Shown here: one piece after another, positions 59,220 through 64,000 of the stretch | Position numbering within the stretch: position 1 is the first letter of the stretch | Layout of the letters: every line of letters begins with the position of its first letter | NCBI GenBank assembly: GCA_026770705.1 | Contig: JANJGN010000007.1 | Coordinates: 141,980,001 to 142,044,000 of the forward strand | DNA: 64,000 bases | Direction: 5' to 3' | From: Isurus oxyrinchus | Lineage: Eukaryota | Program-made: the position numbers and the translations under genes | Notes under the pieces: model-generated | Told to the model about the DNA's origin: nothing | Seen by the model: the letters and a program-made list of their open reading frames with translations, nothing else | Database searches by the model: none

Positions 59220-61180
59220 GAGCCACATATCCAAACTTGCCGATGAAACAAAGGTAGGCAGCTGTAAGCAGTATAAATGGAAACATGAAATTACATAAGA
59301 AATATTAATAGATTAAGTGAATGTAACAAATGGATTTCAATGTAGGCAAATGTAAGGTAATTTGCTTTGGACCTAAAAAGGATAGAACAGGGTACTTTCT
59401 AAATCGTGAAAAGCTAGAAGCAGCGAATGTCCAAAGAGATTGGTCGAGTGGGGTTCCCGTACACAAAATATTAAAATGTCAAGGACAGGTTCAGAAAATA
59501 ATTAAAAAGACTTATGGGACTTTATATCTTGAGGAGTAAATGCAAGGAGGTAGAGGTCATGCATCAGCTATATAAAGTCCTGGTTAGACCGCACCTGAAG
59601 CATTGTGGGCAGTTCTGTGCACCACACCCTAGGAGGGAAATACAGTATTGGTCTTGGAGGGGGTACAGTGGAGGTCCTCCAGAATGATACCTGGACTCCA
59701 AGGCATTAAATTATGAGGAGAGATTACACAAACTAGGATTGTAGTCCCTGGAATTTAGAAAGTGAAAAGTGATTTGATTGAAATTTTCAAGATATTAGGG
59801 GGAACAGATAGGGAAGATTGGGAAAAACTATCTCCGTTAGTTAGGATAAAAACAATATACTGCGGATGTTGGAGATCTGAGATAAAAACAGGTGCTGGAA
59901 AAACTCACCTCGTTTGGCAGCATCTGTGGGGAGAGAAACAGAGTTAATGCTTCGAGTCCATTAACACTTTATACCAAAGATAAGTCATATTGGACTCAAA
60001 ACATTAACTTTGTTTCTCTCTCCACAGGTGCTGCCAGCCTGCTTTTATTTCTGTTAGTTAGGAGCCCAGATCTTCCGGTCTCCAGATCATCGGACCTAAG
60101 TTGCACTTGAGGACCCTGCGGAAATCCCGACGCGCTCATCTCCGTGGGAATTGCCTGCAAAGTTTGAACTTCTGATAGGCAATTTCTCTGCTCCCCAGGA
60201 CCCTCCGCGAATGTCTCAGACACTAAGCTTGAATCGGAGACTTCGGACAGCTCCATGGGACTTATCTGAGTAGTTACCCAGGAAAGGTTAACCAGAAAAT
60301 CTAATTCCTGGGTAACGACAGGACTGACACCTCAATCACTCACACTGACCTCCACCCCTCACCCTTACCGACTCCCCACTTGACCTGACCTTACTGGCCC
60401 CCAACCTGACTACCCCTCCCAACCCAACCCGACTACCCCCTGCCACCCTACCTACCTGCCACCCTTGCCACTGCCATCCTTCCCACCTGCCACCCGTTCC
60501 ACATGCCACCTGTCCCGCCTGCTACCCTACCCACCTGTCACCCTATGCACTTAACCTCACTTACCTTACCCACTTACCCTACCACACTATCCATTCACTT
60601 ATTCGTCCACTCACCCATACACCCATTCACTAATTTTCACACTGAACCTTTAAAGTTACTATATGGCAGCTAGTACCATAAAAAGGGGCTGTGTCTTGAC
60701 TTTCCCCCGATGTTACAGTGCTGCGATGGAGTTCTCCAATGGATGGTGTGCTCTCCATTTCTGGAGAAGCTGGGCTCGGAAGACCCAGCAAGAAATGCAG
60801 AGCAGCGTCCAGGCATGGAAAAGTTTGAACAGAGCAACAATTTGACAATGATTGCCGCTTCACAGATGATCCAGGCCAGGATGTCTAGGCCTAGGGGCAT
60901 GGTCAAAATATTAGATACAGACTCTTCAGAAGTGAAATTTGGAAACACTTCATGCAAAGCGCGGTAGAAGTTTGGAACACTCTTCCACAAACGATAATTG
61001 ATCCTTGATCAATTGTTAATTTTAAAACTGAGATTAATAGATTTTGTTAACTTAAGATATTAAACGATATGGAGCAAAGGCGAGTACATGGAGTAAGGTC
61101 GCACATCAGTCATGATTTCATTGAATGGCACAGCACAGGCTCAATGGGATAAATAGCTAACTCTGTTCCTACATTCCTAT
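59220..61180 (+). mobile_element. CR1 3' fragment interrupted by nested elements (59848-60880)
   Basis: ISKLADETK, FNVGKCKVI, YKVLVRPHL, CR1 3' UTR. Confidence 0.75.
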
Positions 61181-61230
61181 TTTTAAAGCTAGTCGATTTC
61201 TGCTCTGAAATGTCAGTCCTGTGTATCTGT

Positions 61231-63957
61231 AGTTCTGTGTGGAAATAAATACTTGGATCTTGGCATTCCCATTCTGAACTCTGCTGCCTCTTACAATGTA
61301 AAAACTGTTTATAAGAAGTACTTTTTAGCCTTTGAGGAATACTGTCATACAGTTAATCCTTGCTTCACTACATGGAATCTATAGGAAAAGCAATGGAGAA
61401 GGATGAAGAGAATAGGGCATGTGATCCAAAGAAAGCACCTAACACTTTAGATGATGGGAAAAGCGATAACACTGAAAATGCCAAAGAGGAAAAAGAACTG
61501 AGATCCCTGCGAGGTCGGAGGAGAAAAGCAAAAGCTGCCAAAAAAGAAGTCAAAGAATTAAAAAAAGAAAAGGTGAATGAGGAAATTAACAAATAAAATA
61601 AAGAGGTTAAGGAGGACTCCAGGAAACAAGGGGAAGACACTGACACAAGACAACAGAAAAAATGTGTCCACACCCAAAAGCAAAGCAGAGAAGAATAAGA
61701 AAGAAGAGTCTAAAAAAGATTCTGAGGAAGAGGAAGCATGTGATGAAGACATGAAAGAGGACCATGAGGATAAACAAAAAAGGAAGAGAATGAAAATAAA
61801 GAGGACGAGGAAGAAGAAAAGGAGGAGAAGGGTGATGATGAATTTGAATAATACCCTTCTGGAACCAAGATTAAAGTAAAATATGGGCATGGAAAGAATC
61901 AGAAAATCTATGAAGCCAATATTAGAAATTCTGAAATTGGTGATGGAGAGGTTGTCTATTTAGTATATTACTATGGTTGGAATACAAGGTATGACGAATG
62001 GGTAAAAGGTGATAGAATTCTCTGGCCTTCAGAAAGAGGTGCACCAAAAGGGGAACATAGAAGAAAATTAAAGAATAAACAAGATCATGAAAAGAAAGAC
62101 AATGATAAATAAAATAAATCAAAACATGGCCCTAGTCTGAACCCTCCACAAACTGGAACTGCACATTTGCAATGTACTTTTATCCAAAACTCCAGGTCAT
62201 GAGGCGAAAAGTGGAACCAGGAGTTTGCAGAATAATACATCTGATTCTTCACCCCTTCTCAATGGAGTGGAAGGTCTTCCTCGAAGGCGCACCAGGCAAA
62301 GCACCAAATGGGTCCACCAGTTCCTCAGATGAAAGTGGAGTAGAAATTCCAGCAGACAAATCTGTGAAGTTGTTTCTACAAAGACTTTAGATGAAGATAA
62401 ACCTGAGGGGGAAAAACTCAAAAGATAATTGAAGGCAAGAACTGAGAGAATTACCATGTGAAGATAATTTGAAAACCACATCTGTAAATCAAAATGTAGA
62501 AAGTATAGAACAAACTGATAATAACTAGAAAATGGTAACTCAAGCTGAAAGTATATGGAAAGAGATCGTAGACAAGTCTGCAAAGGGCATAGGAAAGAGA
62601 AGTAGGACACGGGATTTGTCCCTGCTAATCACATAGTTAGTGAAAACAGAGAAGACAAGGAAAAATTGGAAAGCTTAGAGGTCAAGAAGCTACCTGTCCT
62701 CAGTTTTCCTGAAGAAAGCAGTTCCAGTAATAGTTACTGGCTTGTCAAATGAACTTACAAATGATGAGAAGAAGCCAGGAAAAAGAAAACCTCCAGAGAG
62801 GTTAACACCTGATAAAAAATTTCAGATAGAAAGCGAAGAAAAAATGCAAACTGTAAAAAGTGAAGGTATTGAGAAAATGGAGTACTTTGCAGACAGTTGT
62901 GAAGAATCTAAAACTGTTGAAAGGTTAAGACTTGAAAATGGTGAAGCTGCTCCTTTATTGTGACAGATTGGTGTGTGAAGTAGGAATTGGAAGCTCTCTG
63001 TTTAGACCCCTGAAGAGGATATTTCATTGAAAAACTGATGAAGATATTATGCCTGCAATTGGACCTGAAGTTTTAGCTTATCATGAGATAGGTTTGAGAT
63101 GACTTTGATGAAAAAGTGAAAAATAGCAGTGAAGATGTATATGCTGGATACTCTGGACCCAATTTTCCTGAATCAGTTATAGCTATTGTGTCTGGTTCAG
63201 TGCAGCAGGTTTTGCCAATAGCTTCCACAACGCTTCTTCATCAGGATGAGCTTCGTACCGTGAAAAGTGAAAGTGACATTGCTACTGAAGTGGACAGTGT
63301 TGCTGGAGAATCACGGGAAGGATTGAGAGTGAATCTACCAATGGGTTTAATGCCAGTACAAGCTTGAACAGCAGCATTATAGTACAAGAGGCTGAGAACA
63401 TGGAAAAAGGGCAGAAAAGAGTAAACAACAACAGCAATGGGACATCAGCAGCGAAACAAAAGCTTAGCCACAAACGGTCAAATCTGTCCAATAAGAGTGA
63501 AAAGAATGACACTGGCCATAGCAATGATAGTGAGGACCTTACAGTCACCGACAACTCCAATGAATGCACTCCAATGAAGAGCTCAAATAAGCCCCAAAGA
63601 CTTGGCAGGTCTCCTTCAAGGACTTCTCCGAACAGTAAAGATGGGGACAAGCATAAAGAAAAAGATAGAAGCAATGGCACATCACCCAGGATCCAAACAG
63701 CTTCCAGCTCACTGACCTTAACAACCTGACAAGTGCTGAACGAATAGCCTTCCTACAAGACAGAACACAGGAGATCAGAAAATATTACATGTTTTGAAAT
63801 CTGAAGTAGCATCCATAGCGAGGAGGAGAAAATGATTAAAAAAGAGAGAGAAGTTATACCTGCAGCTCCAGGCAAATCCTCTGCTTCTTCAGAAACTGAA
63901 ATGAGTGCTACTTCCTCTTCACCAGTCCAAAATAGTGTGGCAGTAGAATGCAGGTGA
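61231..63957 (+). pseudogene. ARID4A: 5'-truncated processed pseudogene of ARID4A (RBBP1)
   Basis: ARID C-terminal [27 protein letters not shown], chromo-barrel [19 protein letters not shown]...[43 protein letters not shown] and terminal QNSVAVECR* are contiguous without introns; multiple stops and frameshifts. Confidence 0.88.
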
Positions 63958-64000
63958 TAAACACCCCTGCAAACTTCACTCTCCCTACCACAGCAGCTGC

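Noticed and set aside
61231-63957. Functional ARID4A gene or exons
   Set aside because: Many in-frame stops and frameshifts, missing N-terminus, no introns.

Overview
Vertebrate genomic DNA, very probably a cartilaginous fish (inferred from the CR1/L2/Penelope/Deu-SINE/Harbinger repeat complement). It holds three gene-derived units, all on the + strand. (1) A complete 7-exon POP4/RPP29 gene (1-32931) whose introns contain nested transposons and a gapped ~9 kb (GT)n-derived satellite. (2) From 35416, a phase-consistent multi-exon gene with an unusual architecture: signal peptide - IgV - IgC1 - transmembrane helix - cysteine-deficient IgC1-like domain - CARD - NACHT - at least 5 single-LRR exons. 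This amounts to a B7-H6/tapasin-type ectodomain spliced in frame to a full NOD-like receptor (at least 1289 codons, 3' end not found in the window), preceded by a triple IRF/ISRE element. (3) A 5'-truncated, decayed, intronless ARID4A retrocopy (about 61231-63957). The predicted transmembrane Ig-NLR is the standout finding. All splicing is inferred by hand from GT-AG sites and reading phase; no transcript evidence was available.
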